Assembly: GCF_963921235.1 (NCBI RefSeq) | Contig: NC_086107.1 | Span: 96,970,001 to 97,034,000 of the forward strand | Origin: Mobula hypostoma | Taxonomy: Eukaryota | Reading direction: 5' to 3' | DNA: 64,000 nt | Shown here: positions 13,175 through 27,157 of the stretch, in pieces | Layout of the letters: each line of letters begins with the position of its first letter | Numbering within the stretch: the stretch's first letter is position 1 | Notes under the pieces: generated by a model | Databases searched by the model: none | What the model saw: the letters and a program-made list of their open reading frames with translations, nothing else | Told to the model about the DNA's origin: nothing | Program-made: the position numbers and the translations under genes

Positions 13175-13877
13175 TGTACATCAGTCACTGAAAGCAAGCA
13201 TTCAAGTATAGCAGGCAGTGAAGAAAGCTAATGGCATGCTGGCCTTCATAACAAGGGGAATTGAGTATATGAGCAAAGAGGTCCTTCTGCAGCTGTACAG
13301 GGCCCTGGTGAGACCACACCTGGAGTACTGTGTGCAGATTTGGTCTCCAAATTTGAAGAAGGACATTCTTGCTATTGAGGGAGTGCAGCGTAGGTTCACG
13401 AGGTTAATTCCCGGGATGGCGGGACTGTCATATGTTGAAAGATTGGAGCGACCGGGCTTGTATACTCTGGAATTTAGAAGGCTGAAAGGGGATCTTATTG
13501 AAACATATAAGATTATTAAGGGATTGGACACGCTGCAGGCAGGAAGCATGTTCCCGCTGATGGGTGAGTCCAGAACCAGAGGCCACAGTTTAAGAATTAG
13601 GGGTAGGCCATTTAGAACGGAGTTGAGGAAAAACATTTTCCCCCAGAGAGTGGTGGATATATGGAATGCTTTGCCCCAGAAGGCTGTGGAGGCCAAGTCT
13701 CTGGATACTTTCAAGAAAGAGATGGATAGAGCTCTTAAAGATAGAGGAATCAAAGGTTATGGGGATAAGGCAGGAACCGGATACTGATTATGGATGATCA
13801 GCCATGATCACAGTGAATGGTGGTGCTGGTTCGAAGGGCCGAATGGCCTACCCCTGCACCTATTGTCTATTGTCTAT
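13175..13877 (+). mobile_element. 5'-truncated young CR1 LINE
   Basis: ORF 13218-13787 is an uninterrupted CR1 ORF2 C-terminus. Tail ctattgtctattgtcta, closely similar to 32892-33523. Confidence 0.93.
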
Positions 13878-14270
13878 AATTAACAGGAAGGTTTACTTAT
13901 CGTCCGCCCCTGCCTGGTTACAATGGCGCAGGGTCACAGAGTCCCATGCTCAGTGGCTGGTTTCAATGGGTTCAAAGTATCAGTGGCTTTTGCCAACTTT
14001 CATTAGAAATCTTTCCAGTGTCCAAAGAAACTCTCTTCAGTGGCCTCCCAAGGTGAACCTGACAATCTGCTTTCTTTTAGAGACAGTAGCGTCTGATTAT
14101 TGTGGAGAGCTAACACGGAAGCAGTTTTTTTTAAAAAAGACTTGTGTGACCAATAAGAAAGAATTGGAGTCCAAGGTCTTCAGAGGGATGGAGCAGATGG
14201 AACAAGGGAACTACTTATAAATGGAGAGAGAGAGAGAGAGAGAGACCAGTTCTGCTGTTTATAGGGACAA

Positions 14271-14346
14271 TTCTGAATTTAATAATATTTATGGGAGCTC
14301 ATCCATTCTAAGAGATGAGCTCCTATAAGTATTATTTAATTCAGAA
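14271..14346. repeat. AT-rich inverted repeat, 33-bp arms
   Basis: Arms 14271-14303 and 14314-14346 have 3 mismatches around a 10-nt loop. Confidence 0.85.
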
Positions 14347-14388
14347 CTTTGATGTAAGTACTGAATTATTAAATTTGTAATCCAAGGA

Positions 14389-14805
14389 CGCCTCCAAGAG
14401 GACCACAACCTTGTCATAGGGTTTGGAGGCTTGCGAGCCTCAATGACCCGGAGAGCTATGTTGGGTGGAGTCAGGGCCTTGTGCTTTGGCTCTTGGCAGG
14501 GTCACCCATGCCAAGTAGGTCAAAAGGTAGGGGCCAGATGAGGAGTGGTCCACCAGTCCTCCAGGTTCTGGGGTTCAGCTCAGGGCTAACAACCCTGACT
14601 GGTCAAGCAAAATTGTTACGGAAACAGCAATGAAGAATCCTTCTACACCTGAGTGCGACGATATTCCCGAGTCTCCACCTGGGGCTTGCATGATTGACAG
14701 TGGTGAAATCCAGGCTACTGACACGATGAAAGAAGCCCTGATCTAGAGATGGAGGATCTTCATTGCTGCTCTAAACGCCAGTGGTGTAACAGGCAGTAGA
14801 AGAAG
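14389..14805 (+). mobile_element. Short non-autonomous RTE derivative (RTE 5' UTR fused to RTE 3' tail)
   Basis: The 5' part matches 30635-30956 and the 3' part (gatggaggatcttcattgctgctctaaacgccagtggtgtaac) matches 26815-26865. Perfect 10-bp TSD aatccaagga (14379-14388 / 14806-14815). Confidence 0.88.
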
Positions 14806-17800
14806 AATCCAAGGATGGCCTGTACTCCAGGGTTGTGCAGAATCTCTCGCTGGTAAACAATGAGAAACTCCAGCAATGACTGCAAACAGTGTGGGACAGG
14901 AGAACACTTCAGAAATAAAAAACCTTATTCCCCTCAGGAGGCCTATGGCCTGCACCAGGATCCACCTCCCCTGTCCCCAGAGAGACAGGCTGCTGTGTAA
15001 CCTCCCACAGAACATTCATCTGCGGTCATGTATCTGCAGCCCAGAAAACCAGCAGAATTCAATAGTTTCCATTTGCAAACTGGCAGTGGAGAGAGTCAGA
15101 AATTTTAAATTCCTGGGTGTTGTCCTAGGCCCAGCATATAGAAACAGTCACGAGGAAAGCATAGAGGAATCTTCACTTCTGTAGGGGGTTAAGGAGATTC
15201 TGCATGTCTGACAAATTTCTGCAGATGTGAAATACACTGACTGGTCACATGGTGGTCTGGCACGGCAATTCAAAAATGCAGGAAGGTAGAACAGCAGACT
15301 CTGCTCAATACACTTCAGTCAGATCCCTCCTCACAACCAATGGTATCTACAGGAGGTGCTGCCTCAAGAAGGCAAGCATCCATCATCAAAGATCCCCACT
15401 ATCTGCACCATACCATCTTCTCACAGGCACCATCCGGCAGGAGCTGCTGAAGCCTGAAGTCCCACACCACCAGGTTCAAGAACAGCTACTTCCCTTCGAC
15501 CATTCAGTCTCTGAGCTAACAAGCACAGCCCTAATCCAGGTTTAGCAACACAATGACCACTTTGCACTAAAATAGACTCTTTAAATTGTGGTTTCCTGTA
15601 AAAACTGTGTATAATTTATAACCTGAAGAATGGTCCCGGCCTGAAACGTCGACTATTAATTCAGTTCCACTCCTCCTGCAATCTGTCTGTGGTGCTCTGC
15701 ATAATTGACTGCTGCTTACCTGTCGCTGTGTATCTGTGAAGCTGCTGCAAGTAAGTTTTATTGCACCTGTGCATTGATGTACTTGTGTATGTAACTATAA
15801 GACGGCTTCGAATTTGTCTTTGAATCACCTTCAAAACGGCTCAGTCCCCAAAATGTGACAACTCAGGAGGTGCCAGCATCATCACCCAGAGGCCGCCTCA
15901 CCCCTCCACGTCCATGGCTGGATCCTGAACCATTATTCCAGAGGCAATCTGTGTACAGCAAGGGCCAACACAGACACATGAGAGAAAAGCCCACAACTTG
16001 TTTCAAGTTCAAGGTCAAGTTTATCGTCATCTGACTGTACATATATACAACCAAATGAAGCAATCTTCTGGACCACAAAACATATATCAATTGGGATTGG
16101 CTGGAGGGCTGGGATAATGCTCGACACAGGAAGACTTCACCGGGTTCCCGTCTATCCACTTGCGACAGTCATAGCATCATCCAACATTCTCAGGCTTCAC
16201 TGAAGGCTCAAGTAATCACAAATGCTCACATCCACAAATGGACCAGAATTCCCCCTGTGACTGTGCCGGTCTCCCCAAGGTCTCTAGTTTCCTCCCCCAC
16301 CCCAAAGGCATGCAGGTCGGCAGGTTAATTGCCTCTATAATGTGACCCTAGTGAATAGGTAAATGGTAGAATCTGGCGCGGGAGGAGGTGGTAATGGGAT
16401 ATGGGGAGATTAATTGGGGGATTAGTGTGGATTTGTGGTTGCCATTGATTTGGTGGCCTGATGGGCCCACTTTCACACTGTCTGACTCTTTTACAACCAG
16501 CTTCATGGCTTTATCATGAATGCTTGGTTCTGTTTCTTAAAGAGACATGTTTGGATTTTTAACCACAGCCTTTGTTCTGAAAATAGAACATAAGAAAGAA
16601 CACTAGAACATAAGAAATAGGAGCAGGAGTTGGCCATCTGGCCTGTTGAGCCTGCTCTGTCATTCAACAAGATCTGGCCATGGACTCACCTTGGAAGGTT
16701 CTGTGTGGTATTCCTTGTGATCTTTGGACAGGAACCTCCCAATGGACTGGTCTACTTTGCACCAATGCTTGTGCTGTACATGAGCTTCTGTCCACGTTGC
16801 TTTGCCTCAGCCATTGACATAACATAGACTCTTAGCCTCACAATCTACCTCGTTATGATTTTGCACCTTATTGTATACCTGCACTTCACTTTCTCTGTAA
16901 TTGTTACACTTTATTCTGCATTTTTCTTGTTTTACCTTGTTCTACGTCAATGCACTGTGTAATGATCTCAGCTGCATGAACTGTATGCAAGGTATCTTGG
17001 TATCTATGACAATAATAAACCAATTCCAATTTCATACTCTTCTACAAACTTAGCACTAGTTCAAGTTTAATTGTCATTCAAGCATAGGGGAATACTCATG
17101 AATACGGCTAAACAAAACAATGTTACTCTGGGATCAAGGTACAAAACTCAATACCAACAGTCATACACAGTACAAAGCACACATAACATGGAAAACACAT
17201 ACAAGATATCAGTAAAATACAGCCACAAAAAAAATAGTCCAAGACCCTAAGTCCATGAATATTGCAGCAGTCTGCAATTGAACACAATATGGCTTGTCTT
17301 CTGCTGAACAAACACTGGGGACAGCACTGACTCTGCCCCTCTCTGCCTCTGGAAGAGCGCACCAACTCTGGCTCCCTTCTCCTGCGTGGCTGTAAACAGG
17401 TGACACCGCGGCTTGAGGGCTAGTCCTCAGTACAACCTAAGCCATGTAGCTCACCAGTAAATCAGTGAATCGGACTTACAGCTTCCACATTAACAATGCC
17501 CAACAGGATCTTGCGATCACAAGAAAAGCTACTAAGACAATCACTCGCTGTTAGACTCCACACCTCCTTCGCGCACTGACCCCTCCCTGATGTAGGCAGC
17601 AACACGATCCGCACCAAATCCAGTTTCTCTGCCAACAAGCAACTCGCCGATGGGGTAGGCCTGTATGACTTCAAGTTCTTAATGTCCAGCTGGGTCTTGC
17701 GATCATAAAAAAAAATTTGAAAACAAAATAACACCTATAGTTGACGCCGTAGAAGCCACTGCGATTGAATGCGCCACCATCTCACCGGGAGTCAGTCTGC

Positions 17801-19329
17801 AGTGTTTTGCTTCCATTCCATGACCTCTGGTTAATTCTCATTCCTGGGCCTTGCTCAATATCTATGGACATTTGAGCCTTATCTAACTTCTTCGTAGATA
17901 TCTTAGAGAGTCAAGGAGTTACAGCAGGGAACCAGGTCTGCTGATTCCACATTGACCAGTACCAGCCATTTACACAAATCCCCCTCTTATTCCACACTCC
18001 AAAAGTTCGCCCCCTAGATTACACTGCTCACCTACAATTCACAGTGACCAATTAACCTGCCAAGATGCAACGTCACAGGACGTGGGAGGAAACAAGAGTT
18101 CCTAGAGGAAGTCCAGTCAGTCACACGGAGTGTGTGTAAACTCCACGCGGACAGCACGGGTCATAGTTATCTCCAGCTGCTGTGCGAACTGTGTGAGGTG
18201 GTGAGGATATTCTGCCCTCAGCACGCTACCAGGACCTCAAAGCACTTGTCCAGAGAAATTAATGACCCTCAACTCTGCTCTATGCTCTGTTTTGCTCAAA
18301 TCTCTGCTGCCTACTCCCTCCTCCACCACTTAGCTTCTTGTGCCTCTGGTTAGGGAGCACAGGAGGCCCAGCTCTGAGCCGTTAGATGACGGGGATCTCA
18401 GAAAGGGTTTGGAGAGCTCCCCTTTCACATTCCATCCTCCAAACCAACAGTGGGTTCGTCTGCAGCCAATCCATAGCCAGCAGAATTTCACACAGCACTA
18501 GGGAATGAAACAGCAGTGCCATGTGTTGAATAAGGACATTGAATGAAATGATTTTTGATGATTAATATTCATTATTGGATGGGAATGGGCCACAGTGTTT
18601 CCTGAAACCAGATTCAATATTATGTATAAACTCTTCTTGGGAACCTGGCTGGAAGCCCAGGAAGAGTTTATATGTCATATATACTGGAAAAGCACTAGGT
18701 TCTCTTTCAGATTCAATATTACTTCTCAAAATGGAAAGCATGGAAAAGATGCCATTGTGGAGGAAGGAATATCTATTGCCGAGTTATAGCACAGCTCTGC
18801 TAGCTGAATGGCCTTAAGATGATAAGACACAGGAGCAGAATCAGGCTATTCAGCCCACCAAGTCATGGCTGATCTATTTTCCCTCTCAACCCCATTCTCT
18901 CCGTGTCCTTCGGCACCCTTACTAATTAAGAACATGTCAACCTCTGCTTTAAATATGCTCAATGACTTGGCCTCCACAGCTGCCTGTGGCAATGAATTCC
19001 ACAGATTCAACACTCACTGGCTAAATAAATTCCTCCTCAACTCTGTTCTAAAGGGACTTCATTCCCTTCCGTCCATGGTCAGATCAGCCATGATCTTACT
19101 AAATGGTGAGCAGGCTCGACGGGCCGGATGGCCTCATCCTGTTCCTATTTCTTATGTTCTTGCTGTATTTTGATCCTAGACTCCCCCACTATTGGAAACA
19201 TCCTCACCTCATCCACTCTCTATAGGGCCTGGCCTTCTCCGTTACAAGCTCATGTCTTACTGTTGAAGCAGCGACTGTATCCGTTTGATGACAGAGCACA
19301 GGTGCACAGTCTTTGCTCCTGTTGGCCCG

Positions 19330-19875
19330 ATGCCAGTGAGTGGAGAGAGAGCCACTTCACACCTGGGGAAGCATCATCAGTCAGTGTAAACTGTCATAAC
19401 GGACAGCAGTACAGCTCGGCAGGAGTGCTCAGCTGATGCTTCAACTGCCATTTTACACCGAACCACTCTCCAAGCTCCTCAGCGTGGCACCATGTCTCCA
19501 GGATGCCCAAACCTGCTGTGGTGGAAGGTCTGGCCTAGTTCTGCTGGGATTCCTCGGCGCTGACTTCCCGCTGTAGGGCGGTGCTTGGGAGGCTGGTTCT
19601 TCCCAGTTACTGTGAGGGGTGGGGAGGTGCCGTCCCACAGTCCCAGTTTCTACTGCACCTTCTCAATCCGCTTCGGGGCTCCAGGGCTCCTGAAGGCGTC
19701 ATGCAGCTTGGCTATCTTAACCATTTCCATCAGGAATCTGGAGGTGCGGACCGTACTAGCGGATCGTCCAGCCACATCAATGATTCAGTTGAAGTCTCCA
19801 GCCAGAGCAACCGCAGGGACGTCACCAGAAGCAGAGGGAGCTATTTGAGAATGGCCGGCTGCTCGCTCCATTGCC
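19330..19875 (-). mobile_element. Internally deleted Tx1/L1-clade LINE remnant
   Basis: Minus frame VALAGDFN*IIDVAGRS...SRFLMEMVKIAKLHDAFRS (APE endonuclease) is joined directly to RIEKVQ*KLGLW...LTVTGKN (post-RT region). Confidence 0.65.
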
Positions 19876-20589
19876 TCCGGTCAGGCAATGCATGCAAATT
19901 ACTTAACCGGAGTCTGGAGTTACAGGACATTTTGTCTGCTACGAGGAGACGCTCTCTGACTTGACAAAATTTGCAGTTCTGATGTGAGTGGCTCCCTTTC
20001 TCAGGGTGTGACGACTGAGTTTTGATTTTGCCTCTGGCTCCCCTGTAATTACTGGTTAATTCACCATGAATAGGTTCAGTGTTCACTTGGATGTATTAGT
20101 CAAATTCCTGTGAAGAGCTATTTTTAAGTTACGCAATGCAGCTGAAAATTTTAAATGAATTCCCGTCGTTCTGCCCTATTCCTCTCTCTACTTCATTCAG
20201 ATGGTCAAATTTTAAACAAAAAGCAACGGAAAAGATTAGAGCGGAGATCCCAGCTTATCCAATCTCTCATAGTTTACGCTCTCTAACCCCACAACATTCC
20301 TTGTGAATCGTTTCTGCACCCTCTCTAGTTTGGCTACATCCTTATAATGAAGTGATCATAGTACTCTAAGTGTGCACACACTGATGTCTGGAACATGAGG
20401 TCCTTGAAGTTAAGCATGCCGGATGCCTGCTTCACCACACCCCCCCCATCTAACTGCATCTTCACTTTCAGGGAGCTATGCACTTGTCTTCCAAGGTCTT
20501 TCTGATTTACAACACACTCCCATGCCTTTGCCAATCCCAACTCTGGCTTAACTTCCCAAAATGCATCACTTTGGACAATAGTGTTGAAT

Positions 20590-21010
20590 AGAACATAGAA
20601 ATCTACAGCACATTATAGACCCTTCAGCTCACAATGTTGTGCTAACCAAGTAACCATCTCTAGAAGTTGCCTAGAATTTCCCTACCGCATAGTCCTCGAT
20701 CTTTCTAAGCTCCATGCACTCATCTAAGAGTCTCTTAAAAGACCCTATTGTATCCGCCTCTACCACCGTTGCTGGCAGTACATTCCACACACCCACCACC
20801 CTCTGTGTGGAAAAATTGCCTCTGACAGCCCCTTTGCCCCTTCTTCCAGGCACCTTAAAACTACGCCCCCTCACGATAGCCATTTCAGCCCAGGGAAAAA
20901 GCCTCTGGCTATCCACACGATCAATGCCTCTCTTCATCTTATACACCTCAATCAGGTCATCTCTCATCCTCCGTCGCTCCAAGGAGAGAAGGCCGTTCAC
21001 TCAACCTATC
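20590..21010 (-). mobile_element. CR1 3' fragment
   Basis: ORF 20671-21000 (LERRRMRDDLIEVYK...FSTQRVVGVWNVLP). Confidence 0.85.
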
Positions 21011-21879
21011 CTCTTAGTTGAACTGAAATCCAGAAAAAGTATTCTAACGTACATGTTCTCGTTTTCTAGGTGTGTCAGTGCTGGGTGAATGACAGATGAT
21101 ATGGCATCAGTCATAGACTGGTTCTGTAGATAAGCATATTGGTGAGTGTCCAGTGTGGCAGAAATGGAAGTTTTGGTATGTGCCATTACCAGCCCTTCAA
21201 AGCACAAGATAATTGTCTGCTGCTGTGACAGAGATTGGCTGCTTAGCAAGAAAAGGGGCAGGTTTTGTGGCTGGCATGGTATTGTATGCTTCGAAGCATG
21301 CATAGAAATTTAGAAAGTCAGGGAGGGAGATGTCACTGGCACAGTCGACACTTTTTCTTTGCGTGGTCAGTAATGCCTTTGAAGCCCAGCCACGTATGCA
21401 GAGGATCATTTTTGGACAGGTGTTACTGAATTTTTTGATCATAGGTGGTCTTTGTCTTGTTGATGTATTTGGTGACATGCCAAATCTGCTCAAATTCCTA
21501 TTGAAGTAGAACCACTGTTATACCTTCATGACTGCATCAATGTATTTGGCTCAGGATAGATCCTCTGGGACGTGGAAGGAAAGCCATGTTTGATTTATCT
21601 CCTTGAGATGTGACTGGTAAAATGGATAAGAGGGAAACCAATGGTGGTCTATTGAGATTGTTAGAAGGGTTTCAATGATATCCCTCACAGGAGGTTGGAA
21701 CATATGCAATTCAAGAACAGTTATTACCCCTCAACCATCAGGCTTTGAACCAGAGGAGATAACTTCACCCAATTTCACTTACAGCATCACTGACCTGTTC
21801 CCACAATTTTTAGATTAGATTAGATTATAAGGACACTTATGGACTCACTTTCAAGGGCTCGTCATTTCCTGTTCTCAAT

Positions 21880-22040
21880 ATTTATCTATCTATCTATCTA
21901 TTTATCTATCTACCTACCTATCTATTTATTTATTTATCTATCTGTCTATCTATCTACCTACCTACCTATCTATTTAACTATCTATCTGTCTATCCATCTA
22001 TTTATATATCTATTTATTTATGTATGTATTTATGTATTTA
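21880..22040. repeat. (TATC)n/(TATT)n microsatellite within a LINE 3' UTR
   Basis: Direct inspection. Confidence 0.92.
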
Positions 22041-22383
22041 TTGTTGTATTTGCATAGTTTGTTGTCTTTTGCAGACTGGTTATTTGTCCGTCCTGTTGGG
22101 TGTGGTCTTTCATTGATTCTAATGTGTTTCTTGGATTTACTTAGTATGCCCGCAAGAAAGCAAATCTCTGGGTTGTAAATGGTGACGTATATGTCTTCCG
22201 AGAATAAACTTACTCTGAACTTTGAAGTAGGGGCAATATACTGGAAAGATGAAGGACTGGTTCACAAATACCAAACAGTGGGAACATTTCTCAGGTGGCA
22301 GGCCACCGGTGATGAGTGGGCATTCATAGGGAACAGGGCTGGGGAGCCGATCATTGGTAATTGAACTGAACAAATTCAATGCC

Positions 22384-24012
22384 ATATAACCGTATAACAA
22401 TTACAGCTCAGAAGCAGGCCATCTTGGCCCTTCTAGTCTGTGCTGAACGCCTACTCTCACCTAGTCCCACCGACCTGCACTCAGCCCATAACCCTCCATT
22501 CCTTTCCTGTCCCTATAGCTATCCAATTTAACTTTAAATGACAATGTTGAACCTGCCTCAACTACTTCTGCTGGAAGCTCGTTCCACACAGCTACCACTC
22601 TCTGAGTAAAGAAGTTACCCCTCATGTTACCCCTAAACTTTTGCCCTTTAACTCTCAACTCATGTCCTCTTGTTTGAATCTCCCCTACTCTCAATGGAAA
22701 AAGCCTATCCACATCAACTCTATCTATCCCCCTCATAATTTTAAATACCTCTATCAAGTCCCCCCTCAACCTTCTACGCTCCAGAGAATAAAGACCCAAC
22801 TTGTTTTACCTTTCTCTGTAACTTAGGTGATGAAACCCAGGTGACATTCTAGTAAATCTTCTCTGTACTCTCTCTATTTTGTTGACATCTTTCCTATAAT
22901 TCGGTGACCAGAACTGTACACAATACTCTAAATTTGGCCTTACCAATGCCTTGTACAATCTTAACATTACATCCCAACTCCTATACTCAATGCTCTGATT
23001 TATGAAGGCCAGCATGCCAAAAGCTTTCTTCACCACCCTATCCACATGAGATTCCACCTTCAGGGAACTATGCACCATTATTCCTAGATCCCTCTGTTCT
23101 ACTGCATTCTTCAATGCCCTACCATTTACCATGTAGGTCCTATTTTGATTAGTCCTAGCAAAATGTAGCACCTCACATTTATCAGCATTAAACTCCATCT
23201 GCCATCTTTCAGCCCACTCTTCTAACTGGCCTAAATCTCTCTGCAAGCCTTGAAAACCTACTTCATTATCCACAACTCCACCTATCTTAGTATCATCTGC
23301 ATACTTACTAATCCAATTTACCACCCCATCATCTAGATCATTAATGTATATGACAAACAACATTGGACCCAGTACAGATCCCTGAGGCACACCACTAGTC
23401 ACCACCCTCCAATCTGACAAACAGTTATCCACCACTACTCTCTGGCGTCTTCCATCCAGCCACTGCTGAATCCATTTTACTACTTCAATATTAATACCTA
23501 ATGATTGAACCTTCCTAACTAACCTTCCATGTGGAACCTTGTCAAAGGCCTTACTGAAGTCCATATAGACAACATCCACTGCTTTACCCTCATCAACTCT
23601 CCTAGTAACCTCTTCAAAAAATTCAATAAGATTTGTCAAACATGACTTACCACGCACAAATCCATGTTGACTGTTCCTAATCAGACCCTGTCTATCCAGA
23701 TAATTATATATACCATCTCTAAGAATACTTTCCATTAACTTACCCACCACTGACATCAAACTCATGGGCCAATAATTGCTAGGTATGTTCTTAGAACCCT
23801 TTTTAAACAATGGAACAACATGAGCAATACGCCATCCCCGTATCTAATGACATGTGAAATATTTCTGTCAGAGCCCCTGTTATTTCCACACTAACTTCTC
23901 TCAAGGTCCTAGGGAATATCCTGTCAAGACCCGGAGACTTATCCACTTTTGTATTCCTTAAAAGTGCCAGTACTTGCTCTTCTTTAATCATCATAGTTTC
24001 CATAACTCCCCT
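22384..24012 (-). mobile_element. CR1 LINE fragment with RT domain, inserted into an older opposite-strand CR1
   Basis: ORF 22806-23810 (SQHGF, DFSKAFD, GVPQGSVLGP, YADD) and ORF 22461-22799. Plus-strand CR1 remnants flank it (about 22260-22380 and 24015-24370). Confidence 0.92.
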
Positions 24013-24379
24013 AATATCTCCAAGTTCCCCAAATGATTTGAGGTGGGTATGGAGAAGAACGTAAGCAAGGTGCAAGAGATAAGGACAAGATGATTTGAGT
24101 GCATGAGAACATGACAGACAGAATGTAATTGTAAAATTGTGAGCTCACCACAAAACAGAAAGCAGAGTATTTTTAAAATGGTGATAGCTTGGGAAACATT
24201 GGTATTCAAAGGGACTGGGAAGTCTTTGTCAACCATTATACAGATGAAACAAGAAATGAAGAACCTTATTGCAATAAAGATTAAGACAGAAGTAAATATA
24301 TCTTACTATACTAGATGAGGTCTTGGTAGGACCACACTTGAAGTATTGTATATCATTTTGGTCTCCTTACAAAAAAATA

Positions 24380-24692
24380 GGGTGGTGGGGTGGAGTTACG
24401 TCTCTACCAAGGAGGTGTAAGGTGCTCCTTCCTTCCGTTAGCCTGCAGGTCACCTGATTAGCTCCATGACCAAGGTCACATGAAGCCATGGAAGCAGGTG
24501 TGGATGGTCATGCGACCACCGACACCAAGCAGGCAATCTCTGAAGAGTACTGATAATGGCTGGGGTCATCCGGCTTGTAAAGACACTGCCCAGAAAAAGG
24601 CAATGGCAAACCACTTCTGTAGAAAATTTGCCAAGGACAGTCATGATCATGGGAAGACCATGACCGCCCACATCATTCGACATGGCACACAA
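24380..24692 (+). mobile_element. Short retroposon with RTE/BovB-like motif; second copy at 1-350 (minus)
   Basis: Contains aaggcaatggcaaaccact, similar to the BovB/Bov-A motif. The reverse-complement homologue spans 1-350. Confidence 0.7.
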
Positions 24693-27157
24693 AGAACAAA
24701 CGAACCAAATAAAGGACAGGCTTGCCTTAGAGAAAGTGCATCCTGTATCATTGGACCTGCTGTATGAGAAACGATTGAGCGTACCAGGCCTGAAGTGTCT
24801 AAAGTTTAGAAGAATGAGAGACGATCTTGAAATTTATGAATTCTTACAGGATGGATGCAAGGAGATATTCCCTCTAGCTCTGGCTCTGGAGTCTAGAACT
24901 TGGTCACAACCTCAGAATAAGAGACAGACAGTTTACGAATGAAATGAGGAGAAATGGAATTTGAATTGGTTTTGTCATAATCATACATATGAGGTAGAGT
25001 GGAAACGTTTGTTTAGGATGTCATCCATACAGATTATTTCATCACATCAGTACATTGAGGTAACACATAGGAAAACAGTAACAGAATGTAGAATGATGTG
25101 CTACAGCTAATGAACAAGTGCGGTTCAGGCAGACATCAAGTATTAGGTCATGACAAAGTAGATTGTGAGGTCGTGCCTATCTTGTGGTATTAGGGGACCA
25201 TTCAATAGTGGGTAGAATCTGTCCAGGAGCCTGGTGGCACTGCTTTCAGACGTTTGTATCTTCTGCCCAATGAAAATAAATTTCCAATCAGAAATCAGTT
25301 TTGGATTGGGAATGGATATTTGGAATTTTCTATCCTGGAGGACTGTGGAGGCTCAGTCATTGATTTCATTCAGAATGGAGAAGGAGAGATTTCCAGATAT
25401 TAAGGTAATGAAGGGAGATGGCATGAGCGAACAGCAATTCCACAGGCGACATCTTTTAGATAGCAAAACTTTCCAATTATTTCACTTTTTGTATGCCTTC
25501 TGCATGTTCTTTTTGTGTTGTTCATGTTATGGAAACTGTTGGAGCCTGTGACATACAGTTTGGAATTCAATCGAAGGATCCAGCGCTCTGCTGTGTCCAG
25601 AGAACAGCCTTGTGGAGATCAGAGATGGTGGGGGGTGGGCGGGGGGGGGACGAAAATGTCCGAGAACAAGCTGACTCGTGGAAAAGACCAGTGATGCGGC
25701 GTGAGGCCATAAGTGACTCCATCTTGAAGCGGCGAGGGGGATTGAAACAATGAGGCGAATGTGGAGGTGGTCAGCGATGGCTTGGCGTGAGGTGGTTGGC
25801 TCCAGGAGGACAGCATTTGGCCCGGATTGGTGGCGTTTGGGCCTGGGTCGGGATCAACGGAGTTTGGACCTGGGTGGGGTGGTCAGCGCTCAGTCCGGGA
25901 TCGACGGTGTTAGGATCCGGGTTGGTGGTCATTCTACAAAAGGACTGAGTTTGTGCGGCTACTCTCCTCATGGGCAGTGAAAAGGCATTTCCTATTTCCT
26001 GATATTTATGTGATTATTGGACGGTATAATGGTTTCCTTCAGTTTTTCAGTGTTTTCTTTGGCAATTGGCGGGGCGGGGGTGGGGTGATCTGTTAATTTT
26101 TTGTGTCTGGGGCGGGTTGGGGATTTGGTGTCACTGTTGTTGTTCTTTTCTACGAGAAAGGGGGTCGGGGATTGTTATGCGTAGAGGATCATTGCTTTAG
26201 TTTCTGCTTTTGCTGCGAGTGAGGGGGAGGGATTTTGAGGTCTGCAAGTTTTGTTTTTTTTATTTTTCATATTGGTTGGGGGGGGTGTGGTAAGTTGATG
26301 TCTTTTCTTTCATTAACACCCATGGTCTTTCTGTATTTCATGGCTACCTGGAGAAAGCAAATACCAGAGTTGTATTGTACGTGCATAATTTGAACCTTTG
26401 AATATGTTATGTTCCTGTGTTTTATTGGATAAGCTCATGTGGTCAAGAAAGGCAGGAGCAATAACCCAATAACTACCAGGTAACTAGAAAGCCTTGAATT
26501 GTAAAAATGTTCTAAGGGAAAGACTGATCTTTCTTTGGCAAGGCGAGAATAGATTCAGGATAGTCATACTTTATACTTTATTGTCACCAAACAATTGATA
26601 CTAGAACGTACAATCATCACAGTGATATTTGATTCTGCGTTGTTCATGGAAAATGTGAATCATTTAGCAGTGGTAAGGCAAGAGTGGGAGTGAACAGATA
26701 GTTTTCAGGTTGACAGCATTAAGTCAGTGAGCTAATCTATTAGAATTAATTAACATGCAACAAACAAACTAGTTACTTCCCCTTACTTTTTTAATGGAGG
26801 TTAGTTTACTCATTTACTACCCATTACACCACTGGCATTTAGGGCAGCAGTGAAGGTCCTCCATCTTTGTCTGTCCTTGGCAATCTTCTCTAATGTGCCC
26901 CAGGAGTGGCTCAGGGTCCTCATATCACCCTCTACCAGACAGCGCCAAGTTGTCTTTGATCTCCCACATTTCCTCCACCCTTCAGAGGTCCAGGAAAGTT
27001 CTGTCTCGATGATGGAGTTGGCCTCTCTTCTTATCACATGCCTAATCCATCTCCACCGTTTCCTCATGATGATCATGGCCATATTTTCTTGGTGACACTG
27101 GAGGAGAAAGGCATTGTTGGAGATACGGAGGATCTTCTGGAGGCTCATAGTACGGAA

